Origin: Candidatus Moraniibacteriota bacterium
GTDB taxonomy: Bacteria; Patescibacteriota; Minisyncoccia; Moranbacterales; UBA1568
Length of the DNA stretch: 64,000 nt
Assembly: GCA_052035095.1 (NCBI GenBank)
Contig: JBPOHW010000008.1
Coordinates: forward strand, 3,060-67,059
Direction of reading: 5' to 3'
The notes beneath the pieces are model-generated. The model was not told where the DNA came from. It ran no database searches and worked only from the letters and a program-made list of their open reading frames with translations. Positions 34,424 through 45,241 of the stretch are shown piece after piece. A program made the translations under genes and the position numbers. The first letter of the stretch is position 1, and each line of letters starts with the position of its first letter.

Positions 34424-35809
34424 TTAACTCGCCGTCATACTCACCGTCTCAATCTCGAGCGCGCCGTTTGACACGGTCACTTGTCCCGTCACGTCGGTGT
34501 ACCCAGCCGCGCTCACCGTGTAGTCATAGGTTCCCGCCACAAATGGCGTCGCGTCATCCGGGAAAAACGCGTATCCGATCGCGTCCGCCACAATCGTATC
34601 GTCAAACGGGAGCGCGCTCGTCAGGTGGACACTTGCCCCCGAAATCGGCTTGCCATCAGTGTCTTTCTGCACTTTAAAAAGAGCTGACGTTGTCGTGTCC
34701 GGACTCACCTTTACCGTAACTGTGGCTATCTCATCCGGAGCGACGGTAAACTCCCAATAGGCATCATCGGGCGCCGCCGGGTGCTCTGCCGCTTTGTCCA
34801 TACCAATAATCTCGGTATTCGCTTCTTCGAGCAAAAAGTAATACGGACCAGGGCTAACATCTCCATAATCTTTTTCTCCGCTCCCATCGGTCGCTTCATG
34901 CACATCGGTATTGTAAATTTTGATCGTCGGATCCGTCGCGTCGGTTCCAAGCGTCCGACCGCCCTTCAGGTGAAAGTCAATCGCGGGCGCGTCGGCATTG
35001 AGAGCATCCTCTGTGCGAACGGTCAGTTCCGCCAGTTCGTTTTGATAAATATTCGCGGTATTAATAGCGAGCTCCACCACCGAAGCATGTTCATGCGTCG
35101 GAGTATACGATGAGGTCGGGTAGGGCGCCATGGTAGAAACCGTTTCGTACCCACCCTTTGAAACCGTCACGACATACTCTTTGATCGCCTCCGGAATACC
35201 AACGAGCATCAATCGTCCCATACTGTCCGTCGTATTGGTTTCGTCATATCCGAGCGTCGTATTCTGAACGCGCACCGAAGCGCCCGATACCAAGGCGCCG
35301 CCATCCTTGTCGCTCGTCACATTGACTACCAAGATGCCGAGTCCCGCGGCCGACTGCTCGATGCCCGCCGGCACAAACCGAGACACCGCTGAAACACTTT
35401 GCCCCGCCGTCCCCCACGACACGGTAATCTTCACATCTTTGTAATCGATAAAATCCGTATCCGTATCGCTCACTGTCCCATCAAACGAATCGTCTCGATT
35501 CGCAATTTGTGTATGCACGTGATACGTGCCGCCGGAACGAGTCACATCTTCGTCTTGCAAAAGGTTTCCCGCCGGAAATCCGGTCGTATGAGCAATATCC
35601 TCAAAAGCAAGGTTCCTGATCACCTCCATTTTCTCCGTCGCCAAGGCCGATGCCACCAGCCGATTTTTGGAAAGCGTAATGTACTGCGTCGCGAGTGACC
35701 AGGTCGAATAAAACGCCATGGTAATGACGCTAAACACAAACAAAAACACGAGCGCTTCAATGAGGGTTGCCCCTCTTTTTGTTTTCATCATTTTCTTTTT
35801 GCACTCCAT
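34424..35809 (-). CDS. large type IV pilin-like protein with Ig-like/carboxypeptidase-regulatory-like repeats
   Basis: MKTKRG|ATLIEALVFLFV canonical prepilin N-terminus. True start is probably the MKTKRG Met near 35788. Confidence 0.65.
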   Translation of the reverse strand: MECKKKMMKTKRGATLIEALVFLFVFSVITMAFYSTWSLATQYITLSKNRLVASALATEKMEVIRNLAFEDIAHTTGFPAGNLLQDEDVTRSGGTYHVHTQIANRDDSFDGTVSDTDTDFIDYKDVKITVSWGTAGQSVSAVSRFVPAGIEQSAAGLGILVVNVTSDKDGGALVSGASVRVQNTTLGYDETNTTDSMGRLMLVGIPEAIKEYVVTVSKGGYETVSTMAPYPTSSYTPTHEHASVVELAINTANIYQNELAELTVRTEDALNADAPAIDFHLKGGRTLGTDATDPTIKIYNTDVHEATDGSGEKDYGDVSPGPYYFLLEEANTEIIGMDKAAEHPAAPDDAYWEFTVAPDEIATVTVKVSPDTTTSALFKVQKDTDGKPISGASVHLTSALPFDDTIVADAIGYAFFPDDATPFVAGTYDYTVSAAGYTDVTGQVTVSNGALEIETVSMTAS

Positions 35810-35940
35810 TTCTCAGGACTTTCAAATTTGAGTACATTTCGAGGCGCAAATGAGGAACGGAGTAAGCTGTACGTAATCGTACAGCGTCCCCGCCTCGGCG
35901 GGAGAATTTGCAACGAAAAAATGTGCCAAATTTGGAAGTC

Positions 35941-37164
35941 CTATTTGATATTTTCAAGCACAGAATACATTGGCTGCAACATCGCGACCGCGAAAAACCC
36001 GACACTGCACCCGATAATGAGCATCAGAATCGGCTCAATGATAGATGACATATTCTTGGTAATCTGCGTCACCTCTTCTTCATAAAAGGTCGCAAGCTTC
36101 TCCAGAACCGTTTCGGTTTTCCCCGTTTCTTCGCCGACCGCGATCATTTGCGGGACGAGAAGCGGGAAAATTCTCGGATACCGCAAGATGACGACGCTCA
36201 ATTCCGTCCCGCGCTGAATTTCGGTAATCGCCTCGTTGATCGATTTTTTGTACGCGTCATTCGAGAGCACGCGCGAGACAATGCCGAGCCCATCCACCAC
36301 CGAGACGCCGCTCCGCAAAAGCGAGCTATATATTCGCGCGAAACGCGCGCAGTTTACCTTGATGACAATATTTCCTATAACCGGAAGATAGAGAAGGATG
36401 AGGCTGAAAATTCGTTTTCCGGTTGCGGTCGAAAGAAACAGTTTCCCACCGACAATACCACCAATCACAATCAGAATACTCGCAATATAGTGATCACGGA
36501 GAAAATCGCTGATACCCATAATGAAGAGCGTCATCGGCGGAAGTTCCGTACCCATATCCTTGAAAACGCCCGTAATGCTGGGGAGAATATAGGTGAGCAT
36601 CAGAACCGCAATACCTACCATCGCGACCAAAATAACCGACGGATAGATGAGTGCGCCCTTTACCTTGCTCGTAATATCGTGCTCCTTCTCGAGCTGGGTC
36701 GCCAAAATATCGAGTACCATTTCGAGATTCCCCGAAACTTCCCCGACATAGACCATATTGACAAAGAGCTCATTAAAGACCGTCGGAAAGCGCCCCATCC
36801 CTTCGGACAGCGTCTTCCCCGCCTGCAAATCCGTTTGAATCGACTCGAGAATACCTTTGAATTTCTTGTTTCTCGTTTGACTTGCAAGATTCTGAAGCGC
36901 GCGCGACATCGTAAGTCCCGATGACACCATAACCGCGAGATTGCGCGTAAAGGTCATCTTTTCTTTGAGCGGTATCGTCGTGAAGCGGTCGAAGAAATTC
37001 ACTTTGACGCCCGCCGACGCCTCTTCAATGACCTTGATCGACGTCGGCACAAATCCTTCGGCGGCAAGCGCCGTCGCCACCCCCTTCTCATCCTTGGCGT
37101 TCACTTCCCCACCTTTCGATTCGCCCGTCTTTAAGTTTTTCGCCGTAAATAAATATTTCGGCAT
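35941..37164 (-). CDS. pilC: PilC / GspF-family type IV pilus platform protein
   Basis: 407 aa; two GspF repeats each with three TM helices and conserved LL/G motifs. Confidence 0.85.
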   Translation of the reverse strand: MPKYLFTAKNLKTGESKGGEVNAKDEKGVATALAAEGFVPTSIKVIEEASAGVKVNFFDRFTTIPLKEKMTFTRNLAVMVSSGLTMSRALQNLASQTRNKKFKGILESIQTDLQAGKTLSEGMGRFPTVFNELFVNMVYVGEVSGNLEMVLDILATQLEKEHDITSKVKGALIYPSVILVAMVGIAVLMLTYILPSITGVFKDMGTELPPMTLFIMGISDFLRDHYIASILIVIGGIVGGKLFLSTATGKRIFSLILLYLPVIGNIVIKVNCARFARIYSSLLRSGVSVVDGLGIVSRVLSNDAYKKSINEAITEIQRGTELSVVILRYPRIFPLLVPQMIAVGEETGKTETVLEKLATFYEEEVTQITKNMSSIIEPILMLIIGCSVGFFAVAMLQPMYSVLENIK

Positions 37165-37381
37165 ATCATAGAACTATGTATGCGCACAGTATACCACAAA
37201 AACCGATGTACCGAGAACTCCGCGCTCATATAGCTCCCGCAAAACAAAACTTAAGATTTAACACACGCCAAGATTGCAAAAATGGATTTTTCGAACGTCG
37301 GATCAGACATCGTCTCACGTGTGAGAAAAATCCATTTTTGCAATCTTGGCAACCCCCTACCTTGTTTTGCCATTGCTATGC

Positions 37382-38521
37382 TTACTCAAAGAGTTTCACG
37401 TACTCCCCATATCCGATTGTTTCGAGATCGGCTTTGGGAATAAAACGGAGCGCGGCGGAATTCATACAGTAACGTTTACCGCCACGGTCCTCGGGACCAT
37501 CATCGAAGACATGGCCCAGATGCGAATCAGCGATGCGAGAGCGCACTTCCGTTCGCGTTGAGAAGAATCCTCGATCCTCGCGAAGCGTGACCGCCGATGG
37601 CGAAATCGGCTTCACAAAGGACGGCCATCCCGTTCCCGAATCATATTTGTCGAGCGAAGAATAGAGTGGCTCACCGGAAACGATATCGACATAAATCCCC
37701 GCTTCGTCGTTCTTGTCATAGGCGTTCTTGAAGGGCGGTTCCGTACCGTCTTCTTGCGTCACGCTGTACTGGATCGGCGTGAGGGTTTGTTTGAGTATCT
37801 CTTGCGATGGCTTCACGAACGCCGCGTCACCATCCGAGGCGCGGACTTCGCCCGAGGGTGTGGCGCCAAGCGACGTTTGTCCCTGAAGGTGTTTCTCTAT
37901 GAAAGCATCGCGCCCCGAACCCGATCGATAGAAACGATAGCGGAGCGGATTCTTCTTGGCATAGTCCTGATGATATTCCTCCGCCGGCCAAAAAGGAACG
38001 CGCGGCAAAACGGCAATCGCGAGCGGCCTCTCATAGATTTTCTCGGCATCAACAGCGCGAATGACCGCTTCAGCAACACTCTTCTCTTCTTCCGTTTCAA
38101 AGTAAATCGCCGGAGCATACTGCGCCCCCCGATCATGGAACGATCCCCCGACATCCGTCGGGTCGCTATAGAAAATGATATGTTCCACCAGACTCCGATA
38201 GGTCGTCTTTGCGGGATCATATGTCACGAGAACGACTTCGCGGTGTCCGACTTCGGCATAGTTCTCATAGGTCGGATGCTCGGTCGTCCCGCCCGCGTAG
38301 CCGGACTCTACCTTAACGATACCGGAGAGTTTCTCGAAGTCCGCCTCGACACACCAGAAGCACCCGCCCGCAAACATCGCCGTCCGAACCGTCGACAAAT
38401 CCCCTGTCGAAATCACCGTCGCGCTCTCGCGCGAAGAAAACGTATTCATAAGCATGACCGTGAGAATAAAAACCGATACCAAAAGACCGATCGCAAGAAC
38501 AATGAGCGCGTTTCTTTTCAT
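37382..38521 (-). CDS. msrAB: membrane-anchored bifunctional peptide methionine sulfoxide reductase MsrA/MsrB
   Basis: N-terminal TM; MsrA GGCFWC motif; MsrB CMNSAAL and GWPSF motifs. Confidence 0.85.
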   Translation of the reverse strand: MKRNALIVLAIGLLVSVFILTVMLMNTFSSRESATVISTGDLSTVRTAMFAGGCFWCVEADFEKLSGIVKVESGYAGGTTEHPTYENYAEVGHREVVLVTYDPAKTTYRSLVEHIIFYSDPTDVGGSFHDRGAQYAPAIYFETEEEKSVAEAVIRAVDAEKIYERPLAIAVLPRVPFWPAEEYHQDYAKKNPLRYRFYRSGSGRDAFIEKHLQGQTSLGATPSGEVRASDGDAAFVKPSQEILKQTLTPIQYSVTQEDGTEPPFKNAYDKNDEAGIYVDIVSGEPLYSSLDKYDSGTGWPSFVKPISPSAVTLREDRGFFSTRTEVRSRIADSHLGHVFDDGPEDRGGKRYCMNSAALRFIPKADLETIGYGEYVKLFE

Positions 38522-38525
38522 AGAG

Positions 38526-38894
38526 CTATTCCCACAAATTTAACCACACGCCGAGGAAGTGCACGACAACGTAGAGGAAGAAGAGGTAGCCGAGTATACC
38601 AACCGTGAGGACAAGCGCGACCGTGTTTATGATCTCGTTTCGTTGTCGCTTCGCTTGATCGAGCGTGCAGATGTTCTTGGCACGACGGAAATAGTAGAGG
38701 AGCGAGAGAGCCATGAGGACGAGTCCCGCCCCGCGAAAATACCATTTATACTCGCCGTAGAGCGTATCGGCGAGCGACGAAGCAAATCCAACCGTCCCGA
38801 GTCCAAAGAGGACAAGTACGACCGGCGAAAGACAACAGAGCGACGCAACCACCACCGGAATCGAGCTCACTTTCAAAAGTTCTTTCAGTGTCAT
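38526..38894 (-). CDS. small membrane protein with vicinal Cys pair (possible redox partner of MsrAB)
   Basis: 122 aa, three or four TM helices, SLCCLSP motif. Stop lies 4 bp after the msrAB start. Confidence 0.4.
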   Translation of the reverse strand: MTLKELLKVSSIPVVVASLCCLSPVVLVLFGLGTVGFASSLADTLYGEYKWYFRGAGLVLMALSLLYYFRRAKNICTLDQAKRQRNEIINTVALVLTVGILGYLFFLYVVVHFLGVWLNLWE

Positions 38895-39122
38895 GGGAAT
38901 ATATTAAGCACTCATCTCAAAAATAACTTTGAAGCGATTTATGAAGGATTTTTGAAATGAATTTTACTTTACCATACAAACGCTCCTACGAGAAACAAAC
39001 CTTCTATGACAACTACGGCGAATCCGCTACCCCACTGCGCCAAAAAACATTCCCGACAAAAAGTTCCGTTCAGGATCCCAAACTTCAGACACTCCCTGCC
39101 AATATCCGCAAGCTATCCACTC

Positions 39123-40061
39123 CTACGAAAGAGCCGCGGTTTCAACATCGCTTATGCGTGCGAGAAACGATTCGAATGTTTTGGGACCGCGAGGGTGCGG
39201 AAGAAAAACAAGTCGCTCATCGGTCGCCTCTATGATACCCTCCGGCGACAAGGTCTTCGGATTCGAATCGATCTTTTTCTTTTGGAGGGCTCGGAGTACA
39301 TTTTCGACACGAAGACCGACCAAGAGCACTTCGAATACATTTCTCGAAAGCCGAGCAAAAAACGTATCGGGCAAAGAAGTAAGATGCGGAAGGCGCGCGG
39401 GGAAAAAATTCGGACGGAAGCGCCGTATCCACGCATTCGCCGATTGAAACTTCGCAAACGTTTTCTCTCCAAAAAGCGGAATGAGAAAAAAATACTCGTT
39501 CGAGGAAAACATATCCTTGAGGCGAATCTCGAGCGACTCGGTCGTCACCCAAAAATTAAGGCACGCCCGCCGCGCCACCTTCCCGCCGTGTCGACGGAGC
39601 CCAAAGAGATGCAAGAGTCCCGTCACGACCGCGCGCCCCGTCCAGATATACCCGCTTCGAAGCACGATGAAAAAATCCCAGTCGCTTCCGCGATCGGCAT
39701 TCTTCATCGCGAGACTCCCCGTAAGTCCCACCATCCGCACAAAGGGAAAGAACCGGAGTATCGAGGCAATGCGTCGCGCCCCTTTGATATTCCGATCCGC
39801 GATTTTTTGCCGCCTCATCCGAAGCGCGACCAAATCTTCGCGCCCATGAAGAAACACAAACCCCCGAAACCGCCCGAGTCGCTTCGAGAGGAAACTCCCC
39901 TGTAGTATCTCTTGCACCTCGCGAAACGAAACCGACTTCATCCTCTCTCCCTCCCCGTCGGACGAGAGCAAAAACTTCCACACCTCAAACTCCGTGAGCG
40001 GATAATCAAACACATCAGCATACGCAACCGTCTCAAGAATCATCCGATGAAGGGGAAGCAT
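39123..40061 (-). CDS. nucleotidyltransferase-fold protein
   Basis: GLTGSLAMKNADRGSDWDFFIV fits the GS...DxD signature of pol-beta-type nucleotidyltransferases. Confidence 0.4.
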   Translation of the reverse strand: MLPLHRMILETVAYADVFDYPLTEFEVWKFLLSSDGEGERMKSVSFREVQEILQGSFLSKRLGRFRGFVFLHGREDLVALRMRRQKIADRNIKGARRIASILRFFPFVRMVGLTGSLAMKNADRGSDWDFFIVLRSGYIWTGRAVVTGLLHLFGLRRHGGKVARRACLNFWVTTESLEIRLKDMFSSNEYFFLIPLFGEKTFAKFQSANAWIRRFRPNFFPARLPHLTSLPDTFFARLSRNVFEVLLVGLRVENVLRALQKKKIDSNPKTLSPEGIIEATDERLVFLPHPRGPKTFESFLARISDVETAALS

Positions 40062-40073
40062 AGGAGAGAAAGA

Positions 40074-40910
40074 TTATCCTTTCAAAAATTTCTGACCGTT
40101 CACTCCTGAAAGAGCGTTGGCTTTCGAAATAACGCTTCTGCCGATTTCTTTTTCGGTTTCCTTTCGCGCGTTTCCGGCAACATTTCCGCCCCTTTTCGCC
40201 ACTCGCTTGTTTCCTTCAAGTGTTTTCGGCTTTTCCACATGAGAAATCTCCGTCGTCACCCGTTCGCCGAGCATGGTAAAAATCAGCTCGAGATCAGTCA
40301 TATTGTCCCGCAAATTTGCCTTTGATGTTTCCGAAATATTCTTGTGCTTCCGATATTCGCCGGGCGTCATCCCAAAGGTCGCCTTGCTTATTTCCGCCGT
40401 CAAAATGGCATAATCCCTTTGATCATGCAGTCCTCTTTCTTTCCACTCATCGGTCAAATTCTGACGAACGGCGATACCGCGAAGCCGTTTATCTATCCAC
40501 TCTTTCGAATAGCCCTTCTGCTCATACAACTGCTTCATTCGCTCCTGCGCCAATTCCGGATTTTCTATTTCTTGCACCCGCTCATAGCCAACTTTGGCAA
40601 GCCAGCGTTTAAACGGTTCGGCTTTTGGGGACGGAATAGACTGGATAATGCGAAAAATGCCTTCGGTATCGGCACAGTCCGTTTCATATTTCTTCCCATC
40701 GGAAGCTTCTAATTTCAGTTGTCGACAAATTGTCGATAACTGAATTCCATCCTCACTCTGCACGCGAACCTTCATCCTAAACCAATAATCCCGAGGATCA
40801 ACGCTGTCGGTCAGTACCCCCACCACATCCACTGCCGAAAAGAACCATTGATTTTCATACCACACACGACGAATTTTTCTCGATTCAAAAACAACAAGAG
40901 TGTTTTCCAT
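40074..40910 (-). CDS. Bro-N domain / DinD-like protein, paralog 1
   Basis: N-terminal Bro-N pattern (RKIRRVWYENQWFFSAVDVVGVL). C-terminal region LRDNMTDLELIFTML resembles DinD. Confidence 0.65.
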   Translation of the reverse strand: MENTLVVFESRKIRRVWYENQWFFSAVDVVGVLTDSVDPRDYWFRMKVRVQSEDGIQLSTICRQLKLEASDGKKYETDCADTEGIFRIIQSIPSPKAEPFKRWLAKVGYERVQEIENPELAQERMKQLYEQKGYSKEWIDKRLRGIAVRQNLTDEWKERGLHDQRDYAILTAEISKATFGMTPGEYRKHKNISETSKANLRDNMTDLELIFTMLGERVTTEISHVEKPKTLEGNKRVAKRGGNVAGNARKETEKEIGRSVISKANALSGVNGQKFLKG

Positions 40911-40941
40911 AGCATTTATTGAACATTGATCCTTGAAAATT

Positions 40942-43881
40942 TTACAAATACTTCCCCGTCAAGCTCTTCTTGCATTTCTTAAGATCGTTTGGCGTGCCGG
41001 CGAAGACGATTTCGCCACCCAGGGCGCCTCCGTCCGGCCCCAGGTCAATCACCCAGTCGGCGTGACGAATTACATCGGAATTGTGTTCAACCACCAAGAC
41101 GGTATTGCCTTTGTCAACCAGCGTGTCGAGAATAATGAGGAGTCGGCGAATATCTTCAAAGTGAAGCCCGATCGTCGGCTCATCCAAGATATAAAGCGTT
41201 TTGCCGGTCGCCTTCCGCGCGAGTTCGGTCGCGAGCTTCACGCGTTGCGCCTCGCCGCCCGAGAGATTGGTTGCACTCTGTCCCAAGACGAGATACCCCA
41301 AGCCAACCTCATCGAGCGCGCGCAACTTCTCCTCGACCGCCGGCTGATCAAAGAAAAATGCGCGCGCTTCCGATACTGTCATATCGAGCACTTCGGAAAT
41401 ATTCATACCGCGATATTCAATCGCGAGCATCCGCTCATTGTAGCGCCTTCCACCACAAGTCTCGCACGCGATATACCGATCCGGCAAAAGATACATTTCG
41501 ATTTTTTTGAGACCGCTCCCCTGACACATCTCGCACCGACCGCCCCGCATATTGAAGCTGAAGTGGCTCGCCGAAAATCCCGCCTTTTCCGCTTCCGCCG
41601 TTCCTGCAAAGAGGTCGCGAATCGGCGTCCACGCGCCCGTGTAGGTGACGGCATTCGAGCGCGGCGTTCGTCCGATCGGATCCTGATTGACCACGATCGC
41701 TTTGTCGAGACGATCCAGACCGCGTATTTCGCGATGCGCCCCGACCGAAGCGCGCGCGCCGTAAAAATTTTTGAGGAGCGCCCGCGCGAGAATATCCGTA
41801 ATAAGAGTCGATTTGCCCGATCCGGAAATACCGGACACCACCGTAAACGTTTCAAGCGGGATGTGCGCGTCGATATTTTTGAGATTATGTTCCGTCGCTC
41901 CCAGAATTGAAAGCGTCTGACGAGATTTCCGAATCGATTTTTTTTCAGACACCTTGCGGCGCCCGGAAAGATACGCGCCGGTTTCCGTTTTTGACTTCCA
42001 GAGTTCCTCCGACGTCCCCGAAAAAAGCACCTCTCCACCCTCGCGCCCGGCGCCGGGTCCCATATCAACGACCCAATCCGACGCCTTCATAATCGACGGA
42101 TCGTGTTCGACGACCACAAGCGAATTGCCGTTTCCCTGAAGCGCGCGGAGCGTCTCGATGAGGCGCTCGGTATCACGATTGTGAAGACCGATCGAGGGCT
42201 CGTCCAAAATATAGAGAACACCAGAGAGTTCGGATTTTATCTGCGTCGCGAGTTTGATGCGTTGCGCCTCGCCCCCCGAGAGCGTCTCGGCGCTCCGAGA
42301 AAGTTCCAAGTACCCCAGTCCGACACGTCGAACCGCGCCGAGCCGATCCGCGATTTCCCGAAAAAGCGGCTGCGTCGTATGATCCGACTCCGAAGCGGGC
42401 GCGCCCGTTATTTTGCCGAGAAAGTACGCTTCCAAACGATCAATCGGCATATCGGAAAATTGATCAATACTTTTGCCGTCAAAGAAAACGGAGCGAGCCT
42501 CTTTTCGAAGACGATTCCCCTCGCATGAGGGACATGGCGAGGACGACATAAACTTTTCGATACCGGTGCGAATATGATCGGATTTTGTTTCACGGTACTT
42601 CCTCTCAAGCATAGGGATCACGCCGGAAAAGCGTTCCTTCTCAGGACGGCCAGACTCCGGCTCACCATAGAGAATACTCTGGATTTCGGACTTCTTGAGT
42701 CGCGATACCGGAATATCGATTCGAATTTTTTTTCGATCGGCGAAATTTCGCAGAAGCTCAAATCCGCCGAGAGTTGCTTCACGTTTCCCATTCCCGTTTT
42801 TGTGTTCACTGCCGTTTCCATTCCCATCAAGCGAGTGCTCTTCCTCATGATCTTCACACTCACGAGACGGCGAACACGGCGTTCGACTCCACGGACGAAT
42901 CGCCCCCTCGAGAAGGGAGAGTTTTTTGTTCGGAAGCACAAGATCGGGATCGATCTCGAGTTTCTTGCCCAATCCGGAACAAGCAAGACAAGCTCCTTCC
43001 GGATTATTGAAAGAGAACATATGCGGCGTCATATCCGGAACGCGCGTCCCGCACGAGGCGCAGAGGTATTCTCGGCTGAAATGCCGCTCTTCGGACTCGT
43101 TCACAACAAGGGAGAGTGTTCCATGCCCCAATTTGAATGCCGTCTCGATCGAATCGAGCACGCGTTCGATATCGGGACGTTTGGAACTCAACACAATGCG
43201 ATCGATCACCGCGTCCATTTCGGAAAGGAGCATATCGGAAGCGTGCGGAAGCGCCTCTGAAATCTGCATAATTTGATTGTGAAACCGTACGCGCGCGTAC
43301 CCGGACTGCAACAGTGTTTGCAGCGCCTCTTTCTCGGTTTTTTTGCGCGTCTGCTCCATCTTGGTCAAAAAAACCACCCGCGTCCCATCCGGAAACGCGA
43401 GAATCTCCCGAAGAATATCCCGCGCGTCCCGCCGATCGAGGCGCTTCCCGCACGCGGGACAGTGCGGAATGCCAACCTTGGCAAAGAGAACCCGAATATA
43501 GTCATAGGCCTCCGTGAGCGTCCCCACGGTCGAACGCGGCGAGCGCGCGATGCTTTTTTGGTCAATGGAAATCGAGGGACTCAAATTGGAAATGCGGTCC
43601 ACTTCCGGTCGATCGAGCGCTTCCATAAAGTGCCTCGCGTAGGACGAAACGGACTCCATATATCGCCGGTTCGCCTCGGCGTGAATGGTATCGAAGGCGA
43701 GTGACGACTTGCCGGATCCGGAAAGCCCGGTAATCACCACGAATTTCTCGCGCGGAATATCCACGTCAATTCCTTTCAAATTATTCGTACGCGCGCCGCG
43801 AATCGCGATTACGGCACCAGAAGATGGATTGGGCACCTTTCGAGAAACAGATCCGCGAGAACCTCGGGAATTTTTTGGCAT
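40942..43881 (-). CDS. uvrA: excinuclease ABC subunit A
   Basis: Two ABC modules ([14 protein letters not shown] and [10 protein letters not shown]), zinc fingers CPACGK/CASCG and signature LSGGEAQR x2. Start trimmed to MPKNS at 43881. Confidence 0.9.
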   Translation of the reverse strand: MPKNSRGSRGSVSRKVPNPSSGAVIAIRGARTNNLKGIDVDIPREKFVVITGLSGSGKSSLAFDTIHAEANRRYMESVSSYARHFMEALDRPEVDRISNLSPSISIDQKSIARSPRSTVGTLTEAYDYIRVLFAKVGIPHCPACGKRLDRRDARDILREILAFPDGTRVVFLTKMEQTRKKTEKEALQTLLQSGYARVRFHNQIMQISEALPHASDMLLSEMDAVIDRIVLSSKRPDIERVLDSIETAFKLGHGTLSLVVNESEERHFSREYLCASCGTRVPDMTPHMFSFNNPEGACLACSGLGKKLEIDPDLVLPNKKLSLLEGAIRPWSRTPCSPSRECEDHEEEHSLDGNGNGSEHKNGNGKREATLGGFELLRNFADRKKIRIDIPVSRLKKSEIQSILYGEPESGRPEKERFSGVIPMLERKYRETKSDHIRTGIEKFMSSSPCPSCEGNRLRKEARSVFFDGKSIDQFSDMPIDRLEAYFLGKITGAPASESDHTTQPLFREIADRLGAVRRVGLGYLELSRSAETLSGGEAQRIKLATQIKSELSGVLYILDEPSIGLHNRDTERLIETLRALQGNGNSLVVVEHDPSIMKASDWVVDMGPGAGREGGEVLFSGTSEELWKSKTETGAYLSGRRKVSEKKSIRKSRQTLSILGATEHNLKNIDAHIPLETFTVVSGISGSGKSTLITDILARALLKNFYGARASVGAHREIRGLDRLDKAIVVNQDPIGRTPRSNAVTYTGAWTPIRDLFAGTAEAEKAGFSASHFSFNMRGGRCEMCQGSGLKKIEMYLLPDRYIACETCGGRRYNERMLAIEYRGMNISEVLDMTVSEARAFFFDQPAVEEKLRALDEVGLGYLVLGQSATNLSGGEAQRVKLATELARKATGKTLYILDEPTIGLHFEDIRRLLIILDTLVDKGNTVLVVEHNSDVIRHADWVIDLGPDGGALGGEIVFAGTPNDLKKCKKSLTGKYL

Positions 43882-44046
43882 AGACGCGGTACAAAAAAAT
43901 GAATCGAAAAAAGGCGCATTGCCAACCAGTGTATCGCGTTTTTTTGAATTTGTCACCCTGTCAACAATTTCAGACGAGTGGCACCATATCTTGCGGCTTT
44001 TGGCACCCTCGGCTATACTCCGCCGAAGAACAATTCTCTCCCATTT

Positions 44047-45162
44047 CTTATGCGTGACGAAATATTCCTTCACTGCTTCTCAAAAATTCCCGGCGTCGGC
44101 GCGGAAAAACTTCGGAAAATCATGGCGCACTTCCCAAGCGCGGAGGCGGCATGGCACGGCACGCGCGAAGACTTCGTCGCAGCGGAACTCCCAGAAAAAA
44201 TAGTAGAAACCATCCTCAACGCTCGAAAAAGCATTGCTCCCGAAAAAGAAGCGGCGCTCCTCGAAAAGCACCGTATTCGACTCATCCCGATCGGCTCCGA
44301 CGACTACCCCGAGCTCCTCGCTGAAATTCCCAATCCCCCGCGCCTCCTCTATCTTCGCGGAAACGCGCGCCCGAACAACCACCCGCTCCTCACCATAGTC
44401 GGCACGCGCAAACCCACCGAATACGGCCTCGGCATCGCGCGTGAATTTGCGCGAGAACTCTCCAATGCCGGCATCACAGTCGTCTCGGGACTCGCGCTCG
44501 GTATCGACAAGGAAGCGCATGTGGGCGCGCTAGAAGGGAGAAGCGATACCATCGCCGTTCTTGGGAACGGCCTCGATGACGCTTCGATCGCGCCGAGAAA
44601 TCACCTCGCGCTCGCGCGAAGTATTATGCTCCGCGGCGCGATTCTCTCCGATTATCCGCCGGAGACACCGGCAAACGATTTCACCTTCCCCGCGCGAAAC
44701 CGCATTATGGCCGGTATGTCTCTCGGAACGATCGTCATTGAAGCTTCCGAAAAAAGCGGCACCCTCATCACCGCGCACCTCGCCCTCGACTTCAATCGCG
44801 ACGTCTTCGCCGTCCCGGGCTCCATTTACTCCGAAGGTTCCCGCGGCCCGCACGCCCTCATCAAACAAGGCGCCATTCTCGCAACGAGCCTCTCCGATAT
44901 TTTGGACGCCCTTCCGCTCGTCCGAGAACGCGAGACGCAAAAAAATCAAAACGAAAAAGCGGAAACGGACATACAAAATCTTTCATCCGACGAGGAACGA
45001 CTTCTCAAAATTCTCGGATGTGATACCCTGCACATTGACGCCCTGGTGAAACATTCGAAACTCGCGACATCAAACGCACTCTCCGCGCTCTCCATTCTCG
45101 AAATGAACGGTCTCGTCAAAAACGTCGGCAACATGCACTATATTCGGACATACCGAGTGTAA
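44047..45162 (+). CDS. dprA: DNA processing protein DprA (Smf)
   Basis: Rossmann-like DprA core ([35 protein letters not shown]) and C-terminal winged-helix tail. Confidence 0.85.
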   Translation, partial: LMRDEIFLHCFSKIPGVGAEKLRKIMAHFPSAEAAWHGTREDFVAAELPEKIVETILNARKSIAPEKEAALLEKHRIRLIPIGSDDYPELLAEIPNPPRLLYLRGNARPNNHPLLTIVGTRKPTEYGLGIAREFARELSNAGITVVSGLALGIDKEAHVGALEGRSDTIAVLGNGLDDASIAPRNHLALARSIMLRGAILSDYPPETPANDFTFPARNRIMAGMSLGTIVIEASEKSGTLITAHLALDFNRDVFAVPGSIYSEGSRGPHALIKQGAILATSLSDILDALPLVRERETQKNQNEKAETDIQNLSSDEERLLKILGCDTLHIDALVKHSKLATSNALSALSILEMNGLVKNVGNMHYIRTYRV

Positions 45163-45241
45163 AATTTTCAATGATCAATTTTCAATTCACAAAAAATTCT
45201 TCTCAATTGAAAATTGATCGTTGAACATTGAAAATTTTTCT

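Noticed and set aside
40933-43704. Series of long + strand ORFs (325, 221, 228, 143 aa) across the uvrA region
   Set aside because: They lie antisense to or out of frame with UvrA, which has unmistakable ABC and zinc-finger motifs; Arg/Pro-rich shadow-ORF composition.
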